A stretch of DNA of 64,000 nt from Octopus bimaculoides (lineage: Eukaryota). The stretch lies in assembly GCF_001194135.2 (NCBI RefSeq), contig NC_068993.1:35554137-35618136 (forward strand), written 5' to 3'. The position numbers and the translations under genes were made by a program. The notes beneath the pieces were generated by a model. It searched no databases and was not told the DNA's origin. It saw only the letters and a list, made by a program, of their open reading frames with translations. Of this stretch, positions 27,133 through 39,632 are shown in pieces; positions within the stretch are counted from its first letter, which is position 1, and the number at the start of each line of letters is the position of its first letter.

Positions 27133-28295
27133 AAACATTGTATTGATTTTGATATCGACGATGGCTTTGTATATTTACCAAGAGATTCTCTACGGAATTT
27201 GATAAGTATGAAGGTAGGACAAAAAATTCATTGAAACAGTTTCAGTGTTGTTGAACAGCCCCCGGATAAGATCACTAAATAAGAAATACAGTGTATAAAT
27301 AACCTTCATAGATCAAAACAATGATAGAGAACAAAAAGGAATTCCGCTACAAAACATTTCAGAAAAGATATCGAAAAGAAGCTAGTCCAATAGGTAGATC
27401 TGATAGAAATTGCCAAGTCAAATTTTACAAAACGTATTTATCGTCTTACAATCGGAGATTTTGCTTTATTGTGGAGATCTATTTGATAGATACCATATGT
27501 TATAGATCTGCTTAAATTTATATAAATGATAGTTGAACAACATTTCTCGTTTGTGAACGATAAACCTTGTCACAAGATTAGTCTTTAAACTAAATGGAAT
27601 TTTGGAGTGATAAAATTGTTGAGGAGAAGTTCCACACAGCTACTTCAATAAATATAAAGGCAATGAGAAATGGTTGTTATTATAGTGGGATTTTCAACAG
27701 GTAGGTGAAGCAGAAGATCTCAGTAAAAGCTATTAAATTACTCCAGCTAATTTAATTAATATACTATCATAAATTTTTACCTTCCTATTGAAAAAGCGAA
27801 ATATCTAATCCGATTCCTCTTTCATATATCAATGACTAACAGTATTTTGTCTCGCCAACCTACTTCCTGTGTTGAACTTTTGCTGGAGTCATTGTTAATG
27901 TTGATTCTTGATAATATAAAGCACCTTCAAGTAATATAATGTCGACTGTAAAGCCTACGTCTCAAAATATATATGCCTTGAGCCAATTCTAAAGAAATCA
28001 ATACGAAGTCAGTAAAAACGTAGTTAATACGTTAACGTAAAATGATTGCTCTGGGCATATTAAATCATATCTTCACAATTTCAGTTCTTGTTATGACAGG
28101 AGTTCATTTCACAGACATTGCCATTAGCCTTTGAGGAACACAAAAAGGCAAACTGTTTTGATTCTTCTTTTCTCTATAAGCTAACATGTTTCATTAATAT
28201 GAAACAATCGATTAGAATCAAGGCGAGCGATTAGCTATCAAGAATGACTGAGTTCCGCATGAAATATCTTACATTATTGACTTTTCCTGTCATGT

Positions 28296-29253
28296 TTTGC
28301 GTTCTATAAGGTAAATGCCAAGCATATCTCAAGTCTATTCAAAAGATCACTTATAGAACAAAAATGTAACATTCTGTATCTGAAGCAGATACAGATTTAA
28401 AATCTTAGAACAAGGGACAGATAGATATTCGGTTGACTCCAATTTGAATTACGTCATGAAATCCCAAAGGCATCAAAGCATCTCAGTTCACATATCAAAA
28501 ATATATTAGGCCACACACAAAACTAATATTTTCATCCGCACTGCGGAAGTGTTATGAATTAATATGATGCTTTCTTGTGTTCTTTTTTTTTTCACTATAT
28601 TAGGTATGATAGCAATAACGTAACCACTACTATTCATGCAGCTGCAGTCGCTGAGAAATTACCCTCAGTCTTCTTGCTAATTGTAGGCCCTTGTGTACAT
28701 TACTTACTACAGATCGACACAGTAATTATTAATCTACTAAGTTTAGATAAACTTATGCTTTGTTGAATATTATGTTCTCACCCCTTTGTACCGAAGTCAG
28801 ATTAGAACATTATTCACTAAGTTAATACTTTTCCTTCTCAATATAAGCATTTTTTTTCTTAATTGCATTAGGTATGGTAGCAATAACTACATAAATAATG
28901 TAATATCTCGTTATAAAAAAGAAACCTGATATAGTAAATCTTTGCAGAATAGCAGGGCCATTTTACCAACATTGTAGCCACCACACCCGGCAAGTGGATG
29001 GAGCAAATAAAGTACTTCACTGTTTCTTCTACACACACAACTATAACATATATACATTAGCATTTGCGTTCTATAAAGTAAATGCCAAGCATGTCTCAAG
29101 TCTATTCAAAAGATCACTTATAGGACAAAAATATAACATTCTGTATCTGAAGCAGATACAGATTTAAAATCTTAGAACAAGAGACAGATAGATATTCGGT
29201 TGACTCCAATTTGAATTACGTCATGAAATCCCAAAGGCATCAAAGCATCTCAG
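28296..29253. repeat. 191-bp direct repeat pair (28296-28486 and 29063-29253)
   Basis: Hand alignment gives 5 substitutions and no indels; offset 767 bp. Confidence 0.9.
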
Positions 29254-29828
29254 AGAATTGATTAAAGTGTTTATGCCTTAAGTTGGTATTAGACAGCAGT
29301 AGCACATTCTTTCAAAAAAAATTCAAAGACAGCATTCAATATAACTAAAATTATAACACAACTTAACGCACATTGTTCTTCCCTTCTCTTATGTCACTCC
29401 CTTTGAAAATGAATTTGAAATTCAGTATCCATTTACTATTTTTTGTTTTGTTTTTGGAAGGTTGAGAAAATTTAGAATGAAGTATATTGTTGAGTTACAA
29501 AATAAATCTTTTACCGTGAATATGAACCTATTTATTATGTCTTGTACACTGAAATATTATTTACTCGATTATTAAAACTTTCGATGTAAATGGTTTTCGT
29601 TATTTGTAGTCAAGCCAAAGTGTCGAAATATTCACCAATATTTGATTGCATTTAAATAGTAATTCAAAGACATCAAGAAACTGACTAGGTAAAATATGTT
29701 TCTCTTACGAAGTTGCTTGCAATATATTCTGTAAAAAAGTTTTGTTCATCGTAATTTTACTAAGTACGTTATGAAATATCATTTATCGCCTCATCTGAAG
29801 TAATACTCGTCTATTTTTCATAAGAATA

Positions 29829-29863
<35 letters not shown>

Positions 29864-30448
29864 GTTTTGTCGTCAAATATCATTAGCAGCAATAATAAAC
29901 GAGGTACGTAAGAACAGAAAACCTGTTGCTCGAAAAATTTTCTGTTCAAACGTCAGTAGTATGAATCAAATATTTACTATCGAATGTCCGCAACGGTTGT
30001 AAAATAGAAAGGAAAGAAACAAGACGTAAAACTGTCATCAAGAACTTCACACATTCGTAAAATTACTTAAATAATCTGTTCAGTTGATCTGTTTTGTATC
30101 AAAATATAATTCAGTCTTAGGAAAAGTCAAGCTAATAAAATATTCCAAACTGATTTTCCTGTGTCTTTACTGCTACTGAAGTGGTGATTTTAATACTAAG
30201 CAGTGTTTGTATCATGTAAATATTGAGTGTTTTATATATCAGATTGAATGTAATAAAAACGAGGAATATTTCTTTGTATATTTAAGCCACTAAATGTTTA
30301 ATATATCACAATATGGGAAAGTAATTCAGTTAATACGGAGATCTGCTATAGCTTCAGCAAGAATTTGCAATGGTTTAAAAGTAAGAAAAAAACACCTTTT
30401 TACTTAGTTTCCTATACAATGACATGAATATATTACATCTATTATTTA

Positions 30449-30666
30449 AGCGGTGAGTAAGTAGAATAGTCAACACGCTGAACAAAATGCATAGCAGTAT
30501 TTCTTCCGACTTTACGTTCTGAGTTCAAATGCCTCCAGACTAGACCTTGCATTTTGTCCTTTTTCTGTCGATAAAATAAGTACTACTTGAGCATTGTTGA
30601 CGATGTAATTGACTTACCCCCATCCCGATATTGCTGGCCTTGAGTCAAAGTTTGAAACCATTATTA
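30449..30666 (+). mobile_element. tRNA-SINE family B, diverged full-length copy
   Basis: TTTACGTTCTGAGTTCAAAT..GTCGATAAAATAAGTAC..GATGTAATTGACTTACCCC..TTGCTGGCCTTG..TTTGAAACCATTATT. Confidence 0.75.
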
Positions 30667-30670
30667 TTAA

Positions 30671-30848
30671 ACAGTTCTATATTTAAGAGATGAGGAATTA
30701 TTTACATTATTTACATTTGACGGGTATTTGATCTCATTTTCTTTGTTGTTAACACAACGTTTCGGCTGATATACCCTACAGCCTTCATCAAGTGTCTTGG
30801 GAAAATTTCGAACCCGGGTTTTCATTCCTAAGGTATTTATCGATGTTG

Positions 30849-30906
<58 letters not shown>

Positions 30907-31168
30907 TAGTATAATTATTCAGGTCACTGCTTGGTGTCGAACTTGGAATCTTGGGGCTAGTAGCCTGCGTTCTTAACCACTACGCCATATGTCCGTGATC
31001 ATATGGCGTAATAACATCGAAAAATACCTTAAGAATGAGAACCCTGGTTCGAAATTTTCCCAACACACCTGATGAAGGCTGGAGAGTATATCAGCCGAAA
31101 CGTTGTGTTAGCAACAAACAAGATGAGGACAAATATCCGTCAAATGTAAATAATGTAAATAATGTACA
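30671..31168. mobile_element. head-to-head pair of tRNA-headed, hammerhead-tailed units (Penelope pLTR-like; family A)
   Basis: Minus unit 30991-30671 has A box TGGCGTAGTGG, B box GTTCGACAC, a (TAA)n spacer and a hammerhead-like tail. Plus unit 31000-31168 is the same start fused to the tail. Arms 30698-30847 and 31013-31162 are inverted repeats. Confidence 0.8.
31065..31108 (+). ncRNA. minimal type I hammerhead ribozyme-like motif (family A, intact core)
   Basis: ACAC-CTGATGA(31069-31075)-A-GGCTG...CAGCC-GAAA(31097-31100)-CGTT-GTGT; 4-bp stem I, 5-bp stem II, palindromic AACGTT stem III. Confidence 0.7.
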
Positions 31169-31199
31169 TTATTAGTATAGTTATTTTTATATAAATTCA

Positions 31200-31386
<187 letters not shown>

Positions 31387-31475
31387 CTTCGCATACCGTG
31401 AATTTCGAAGTTTTCAATCAAAACGAGTTCTAGACTAATCTGTATGGACCAACTTGTTTTTAGAAATGGTGTAGA

Positions 31476-32217
31476 CTATTTCCGGTTTAGTTCCGGATAT
31501 AGAATTCTTATAAAATATCTTGCTTTTGCCTTTAGTCGCTGATCAATTTCGTGTTTTATTTCGTAAAAAGTTAATATTTTCATTTTTTTTTTTTTTTTTT
31601 TTTGGTGGGGAGCACAAAAGTGTGGAACATTTCTAAGAGATAATTCCTTAATTTGTTGCTTGTACAAACTCATAAGGTTAATTTTGATCTTGTTTCGCCA
31701 ATATAATTCTCATTGAATTGTGGGGCGTGTGATGCAGTTGATGAGAGTTTTTGCTTTGCTATTTATGTTTATATTCACTTTCAATGCCATCTCATTCTTG
31801 AATTTTGTTCGTGTGTCTGGCTCAATTAATTTACATACCTTATGACGACGGTTACCTGCATTATTTCTTCTGTTGGTGTGAATATCGCCTGTGCTAGGTG
31901 TCCTTTCATATTTAGTGCTTGGCTCTGGCATTTGATGATTTGTGATTCTTTGATTATTTGTCAGATATCCGAGAATTGATGAAGAATTGAGAGGTATCGT
32001 TTTGCTGAATGTAAGATGTTGTGGTTCCCAGGATTGAGAGTGACTATGAATGTGATATTCATATTTGTATTTTAGTTTTCATTCTCAGTGGGAGCTGTTC
32101 TTCGTAAAGTGGAGATTAGAATATGTTTGGCTTTGGTTATGGTATGAGTAATTAGGTTTAGGAATATTCCTGTTTTCAGCGGCCTATTTAGTTACGCCAG
32201 TCCTTTCTTTCGCCTAC

Positions 32218-32263
<46 letters not shown>

Positions 32264-32344
32264 NNNNNNNNNNNNNNNNNNNNNNNNNNNNNNNNNNNNN
32301 NNNNNNNNNNNNNNNNNNNNNNNNNNNNNNNNNNNNNNNNNNNN

Positions 32345-32382
<38 letters not shown>

Positions 32383-32778
32383 TGCCTATTGATCTTATAC
32401 ATCTCGCCATACAGAATGATATCCGTTTTGTTCGGGAAGAGTGGCAAGTTCTAAAATTTAAATATTAGTGTGTATTTCTACCCTTACAGTAGAGATCGGA
32501 TGTAACTGATTCATCCGGATGTAACTGATTCATCCGGATGTAACTGATTCATCCGGATGTAACTGCCCAGAAAAGGAATTTCCCTTTCATGACTTTCCAT
32601 AGGGAACTGGATCGGTTCATGAATGCTATCTATCAATTTCAACATTCTTGCAAAGTGATTTTTACTTTTGTTCCAAAATATGAAGCAGGTAAACAAATTT
32701 GTTCCAGACAAGGTATAGATTATTTCTTCCAGGAATCACATATACTAGTGTCGCAAAGGTCTGCTCGACTTTCGTCCA

Positions 32779-32780
<2 letters not shown>
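31476..32780 (-). mobile_element. decayed Penelope-like element (RT C-terminus, linker, GIY-YIG)
   Basis: TKV..TFATLV; IDSIHEPIQFPMESHEREIPFL; DLYCK..TH*YLNFRTCH..RTKR; ITFIVTLNPGNHNI; LINCIT...NYIGET; FYEIK...KARYFIRILYPELN. Interrupted by (CA)n, a gap and a 19-bp tandem array. Confidence 0.8.
32497..32565. repeat. 19-bp tandem repeat x3.6 (CGGATGTAACTGATTCATC)
   Basis: Perfect copies, direct reading. Confidence 0.95.
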
Positions 32781-32871
<91 letters not shown>

Positions 32872-32884
32872 TGTACTAATTTGT

Positions 32885-33135
32885 GTCTTTCAGTAATGAG
32901 GGTTCAGTTGGTTAGGAATTGTTGTGAAGCCCCTGAAGAATTCTCCATCTCTACTTATTAAATCTGTCATCAAATGCTTTTCACCTGTGACTATCTCATC
33001 AGATGTAAAGGACTACATTATCCTATGAGCACGTCAGTTTTATAGAAAGTAAGGTATGTGCTGAGGATTGTTTGGGTGGTATTCTTAGAAAGCCAAGCAA
33101 CAATGCCCAGGCTCCTGTCATTGATTCTGATCGTA
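32885..33135 (-). mobile_element. possible RTE-type LINE APE endonuclease remnant
   Basis: RINDRSLGIVAWLSKNTTQTILSTY and FTSDEIV..KAFDDRFNK loosely recall the GINDRLM..IISAYAPT..SDE..KEAFY pattern; very degraded. Confidence 0.3.
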
Positions 33136-34074
33136 ACTTCATTGTGTATTTTGAAACGTTATTAATTTTAGAATACGTGATACGATGAAACAGAATGGAT
33201 AAATAAAAATAAAATATATTTCAGCTCACACATAGTTTGTAAATTTGAGCGAAAGTATTTGACAGTTTAAGAAATGAGATGACACGACGGTAATTAATGC
33301 TCTAGTAGATTTAATTATGATTCGTCATAAATTGCTTTATCGTCATATTTAAGCGGTACTGAATTATTTACTTTGTTGAAGGTAGAACCATATACTGTGC
33401 TTTCTCCTCTATTTACAATTTAAACATTACAGCTATATTAATAGTCATTGTCTATTTAATGATTTTTTATTCGTCCTAAAATAATGCATACTTACATTAT
33501 TAATGCTCCTTGCATTACGCACTTTAGACGTACGCTAATGTCTATTCTGTAGATGGTTATATCAAGACTCATTCATTCTCTAATCAACATCCTTTTCTAA
33601 ATGAACCAATGTATATTATTTTACTTTAATGTATTGTTTCAATACTTCGGTAAGTACTGTAAAGTGAGTGCTTCGTTGATGAGGTAATAATAACATACAA
33701 ACATATCTAGTTCAATTCCACTATCTTTAGAAATAAATTAAATATGTCATTGACTAATTTTTTAATCATTGCTCTATAATTATTAATTGTTAGCTTTTTA
33801 ACGTTATTTGTATCAAGTTAACACTTGATTTCGTGAGCTGTTTCTCATGCGGACAGCTTCTTCCGTTTGGGTATTATCTAAAGAGAAATATATGCTGCTT
33901 TATGTACAGGGACAGGCAATGGTGACCTTGTAGTAGCAGGAGACGAATCAGATATTCATATTGCACCGTGCCGTTTTGTATTTTACATAAACAGTTTGCA
34001 TAGGAAATATATTTAGGAATATGATTTCGCTACACGTTAAGATAAAGAAGAAATATACAAGTGCAGTGTATATT

Positions 34075-34293
<219 letters not shown>

Positions 34294-34933
34294 ACTGAAA
34301 TTGCATGTATAGTTTACCACATCTCTGAAGTATAAGACTGTGAGTGATGTCAGTAGTGCAGGTTTAATTACAAATTCATTCTGTATAAGGGATGTGCATG
34401 AATATCTACTTCTATAAATTTACTACTGTCTTATCTTAACTGGCACTAAACGCCGGAAGGGTTTACAGTTGGTGAAATATATTTTTGAAATATCGATTTT
34501 CAAAAATGTATTAACACCTTCCAGCACCAAATGTTTTGATGTAAACACTGAACGTGTGTACTAGATGTACTTAAATGCATATTCATTGTTTTATGCTATA
34601 AAACTGCGATTATTTGACAATTTCTAAAGATTATATAAATTACGCTAAATATAACTGAATCTCTACAGAAACCTAAATTTGTTAGTTTTGTAATCTTGAT
34701 AACAATAAATGCAATTTATAACAACAATGACAATTCTAAAGATAGGTTTATTAAGTCTGATATCATTGAGGTGGAAGATGAAATAAATTATCATCGATTT
34801 GACATTAGGCAAAGAAATATAAATAATATTGATAAATACGACAAAAATAACAGATAATAACAACGGGATAAATTAAACAATGACGACGACGTTGGCAATG
34901 ACCATCATCATGGTGGTGATTACGTCGACGACA

Positions 34934-34965
<32 letters not shown>

Positions 34966-37900
34966 AAGCGCTGGGTAAACGAAAACGTTCGCTACCAGAG
35001 GCATTGATTAAATTGATTAGAAAAATGTGTTAACACTGCGTGAATCCGCTGACAAAGTATAGGAAAAGGCTAAGGAGAGAAGATGTCTGGCTCTTCTGTA
35101 AGTTTCCAAATCGAATTTCCTTTCTCTAAGCATGTAATTTTAAACGTTTCTGTATCTCTGTATGCGACATATTTTAAATTGTTGCATTTACAGATTTTCT
35201 TTCACTAATAAACTTTGATCTGTTTTATAGCGGAAAGATTTAGATTTTTAATCGAGAATTAGAGACATTCCTACGCATTCATCAATTTATTATAGTAGTG
35301 GAGAAGCTTCAACAGAAAATTCACGGAAACAATATTATCATTATATTATGGTGGGTTTATAATGCTTATAAGTAGAGCTATGTTTTAATTATGCATAAAC
35401 TCAATTTAAGTTTAAATAAGGGAAATGAGAAGTGTGATGTTCATGTATTTTCTTAAATTTATGGTGTAAATGGGGTACAAAGACTTCAAACAGAAATTGA
35501 AACTCCATTGCAGCCTCAGTTTACAAGAGCGCCAAACCTCTGTATGCTTTCTCCTTTAAAATATTTGGTTCGTTTTTGGTTAACACCATGAACCGTTTAT
35601 TTTCGGGAAGAAAAGCAATTCTAAGGCAGTTAACTTTTTCTCACAGAGTTCAATTGCATAAGCAAGCGGAATAGCGTTCAAAGGGTCTTTAAATTGCGTC
35701 GCATTATTCTCTCTTGATCGGGGTCACTTCTACGCGCTATGTCAATATGTTAGAAATATTCTACCATATTTTAGAAAAAGAATGTGAGGACAGATTAAAT
35801 AAAGTCGTTCTGTAAGTGCAGTATACGTTTATATAAAAAAATAGGATGGTGTTCATAGATAAAACCCGTTTCATAACGTCTGCTTAGCTAAGGCCGTTTT
35901 AGAGTTGAATGGAGATAAGGACATTACAACGATGACTATGACATCAACATCATAACCACCTTTTCCCCATCTCTAAATAAGAATCTAGTTTACCAAATCA
36001 CTTATGTGAAATATAAAACATTAATAAATATTGATTTCTCTATTCATAAAAATTCAAAGAATTTTTAATAAGTTTATATTTGAATTGGTTTATCAAAGTA
36101 CTGGTATTTATTTATCATTTTCATAGAGATGAAAGTTTGATTTAATTCAAACCGAATTTGAACTTGGAACAAGGAATACTACATAACATTCATTCTGGGG
36201 TCCTGCAGTTTCTGTATCACAGGTGTGAGCACTGTTCAATATTGAATCAATAAGTTAGAGTAAACAATGCTGTAACAATCGATATTTCTGTTGAGCTGAG
36301 ACTAACTCACACTCAATCACCACTCTAACTCCAATACTCCTTGGAAACTATAGCTTGCAATAAAGGAAGTAAAGTTTTCAGTTGAGGACCAAAACATGAT
36401 TCGTCTCTAGTTTTTTAGTCAAGCTGGAGTTCTCATATGTTTCCAACGAGAAATTCCTAATTGTATTATTCAATAGTAGTTGCCACAGTGTTAAAAAAAT
36501 AGTTGCAGTTACTTAATTGTTCAATGATGATATTGCGTAGAATAACGGTTACCAACTTAAGAAATTTATCAGAATATGAACGTTATAAGTACCATTGTGT
36601 ATATGTTGTCTAAATAGACACACTATGAAATAGGATTAGAAAGATATGAAAAATCACCTAACTGCTTTAAAAAATTTTCATCTCTATGTCATCAACCTAC
36701 TTCTTGTATGGCCATGTTTATGACAGTTAATCTTCAACCAACACCATGTAGCTCTAAATATTGGTTGAGGTAACCCATCGCCCTAAATAGTGAGAGCACA
36801 GTGTATCTAATGAATATTCTTGTTTAGATTACAGTGCTGATGTCAGGTCTTCCCAATTCTGTGAAGCAATGACTCGTTATGCACAATGTGTTTAAAAATA
36901 AGGATGTCTAAAATTGCTTAAGATTGCCATCGATTTTGCAAAGATAAACAAGCTTTTAAGATGCATCCAACATACGTATAATGATAAAAAAGGTATAAAG
37001 GGACAACAAAGATACATAGCCATATATGTGTAGTAGACACAGAGATAAGCAATATAGCAAGGAATAGAGTTATGTCATGGATATGCTTAAATGTTGAAAT
37101 AGTGGCAACATTTACCGTGTTTACGTAGTTATAAATTGTCATCAATAAATGACGACAGCCGGTTGCAGTGTGCATTACAAGCAAGGGAATGCATTGTGCA
37201 AACATTCACAAATCTTTTTTAGTACTTAACATGTTGAAGTAATATAAATGTAGACATGTATATTCACATAATATAAGAACTGTAAATACATTTAATACAT
37301 GTGACAAAATGTTGATGTATAAAAACAGTGATGGTGAACGAAATGTTTGTAAATTGCGGCTGTGTGCGTAAATTTCTAACTTGTCAGTGAAATTATTATT
37401 CACATTTGATGATGTAAAGTATGTATACACAGACATATTAAATATATATTATTTCTAACTCCCATAGGCATATCAAATAGAATTTAATGGGACAATGAAT
37501 AACATTCCCTAAATAAGATATTAAACAAATCATTTTTTGGAAAACAATCTGAATATAATTATATATATTGCGAAATAAAATATAAAACGCATATATTATT
37601 AGTATTCTACTCTCAATGATTGCTTACATTGAAAGAAAACATGTATTGATTCTTTTTGGCTGCTATATCTTTTAGTGAAAATAGAGGTAGGAAAGAGAAG
37701 AGCAAACTCGAAGATCTGAATTTAACCACATATTTAATCAAAAGTTTTCATATCCCCACTTCTATTTATTAAGTCAAAATTATGTATTCGCCGAGATGCC
37801 TGACGTCCTTGTTTTGGGAAGACCAAAGTTCTCAGTAAATGGAATACTAAATCTAGATTCTCTTTTCAGTTAGCATGTTTCATCACTTCTCACTTATCAC

Positions 37901-38049
37901 TCTCTTACAATATAAATTTAAGAAGCTTTATTTGTTTTTTGTAAATATTTTTAGAGCAAGCACTCGTGTGCTGACGATACTTCTGTACTCCGTCCCTGAA
38001 TACTGGAGTCAATGTCTTATCAGGCGTTGAAACAGTTCTGTAGGTATTT

Positions 38050-38880
38050 TTGTCCTTATACTGCTACACCAAGGCTGCCAAGAGGAGTCCAGTGATGTAA
38101 GCGACAAAACCTCTGCAAAACACCACGCGCACACTGTTGAATCAGATGTGACTGTAGGCTAGATGCAAAACGGCCTGTGTTCAAGCATGGAAGTTTTACC
38201 AGGTCACTGGCCAATACAATGATGGGCAAAGAACGGGCGAGTCGAGAAAAGCAACAGTACAGATCAATCGGCGAATTCATAGGTTCTCTGAATGTAACCA
38301 AATGCTAACAGCAGTCGGCATTTGAAAGCAATTATCTAATGCACTAACATTAGCTTTATACCATAAACTGTCAGAAACCGCCTAAAAGAATTTGGACTGC
38401 TCAGCCGGATCGCTCGAAAGAAGCCGATAATTTCTGATACGAACCGGTGGAAGCGGATCATTTTGCTAAAAGTCATATTGAATGGATGGCCGAAGACTGG
38501 TCAAAAGTTATTTGGAGCAACGAATCCGGCTTCTGCATCTTTGGATCAGAAGGAGACTTATGTTAGACGCCGTCCAACTGAAGAATTCCATCCTAAGTGT
38601 GTCAAGAAAACGGCGTAAGAGGAAGGTGGAGGTAATAATGTGGGCAGCGTTCAGCAGCTTAGTTGTTGGTCCAATTGTTACGTTTGATGGCAGATTAAAC
38701 AGTTTAGGTTATCTGCAATTAGTAAATAAAAATATGCTGCCATATTTAAATAACCAGATGCCACCGAGATCTATTCTCCAGCAGCAAAAATGCCCCGTTC
38801 AAAAGCCTAGGGAAGTTTTGCAATATTTTCATCGCAATAATATGGTGGTTATTGAGCCCGGATTTGAATCTGATAGAAAA
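38050..38880 (+). mobile_element. decayed Tc1-family transposase (runs into a gap)
   Basis: TVRNRLKEFGLLSRIARKKP, EDWSKVIWSNESGFCIFGS (W-SDES motif), YVRRRPTEEFHPKCVKKT, VIMWAAFS..VGPIVTFDGRLNS..Y...LPYL; frameshifts present. Confidence 0.85.
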
Positions 38881-39571
38881 NNNNNNNNNNNNNNNNNNNN
38901 NNNNNNNNNNNNNNNNNNNNNNNNNNNNNNNNNNNNNNNNNNNNNNNNNNNNNNNNNNNNNNNNNNNNNNNNNNNNNNNNNNNNNNNNNNNNNNNNNNNN
39001 NNNNNNNNNNNNNNNNNNNNNNNNNNNNNNNNNNNNNNNNNNNNNNNNNNNNNNNNNNNNNNNNNNNNNNNNNNNNNNNNNNNNNNNNNNNNNNNNNNNN
39101 NNNNNNNNNNNNNNNNNNNNNNNNNNNNNNNNNNNNNNNNNNNNNNNNNNNNNNNNNNNNNNNNNNNNNNNNNNNNNNNNNNNNNNNNNNNNNNNNNNNN
39201 NNNNNNNNNNNNNNNNNNNNNNNNNNNNNNNNNNNNNNNNNNNNNNNNNNNNNNNNNNNNNNNNNNNNNNNNNNNNNNNNNNNNNNNNNNNNNNNNNNNN
39301 NNNNNNNNNNNNNNNNNNNNNNNNNNNNNNNNNNNNNNNNNNNNNNNNNNNNNNNNNNNNNNNNNNNNNNNNNNNNNNNNNNNNNNNNNNNNNNNNNNNN
39401 NNNNNNNNNNNNNNNNNNNNNNNNNNNNNNNNNNNNNNNNNNNNNNNNNNNNNNNNNNNNNNNNNNNNNNNNNNNNNNNNNNNNNNNNNNNNNNNNNNNN
39501 NNNNNNNNNNNNNNNNNNNNNNNNNNNNNNNNNNNNNNNNNNNNNNNNNNNNNNNNNNNNNNNNNNNNNNN

Positions 39572-39632
<61 letters not shown>

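Noticed and set aside
28298-29252. TRIM or mini LTR retrotransposon with TG...CA LTRs
   Set aside because: No PBS, polypurine tract or TSD.
30915-30991. Functional tRNA gene
   Set aside because: A and B boxes are present but no complete cloverleaf or acceptor stem; it is the head of a repeat.
32497-32565. CRISPR-like palindromic repeats
   Set aside because: Eukaryotic DNA, no spacers, contiguous tandem units.
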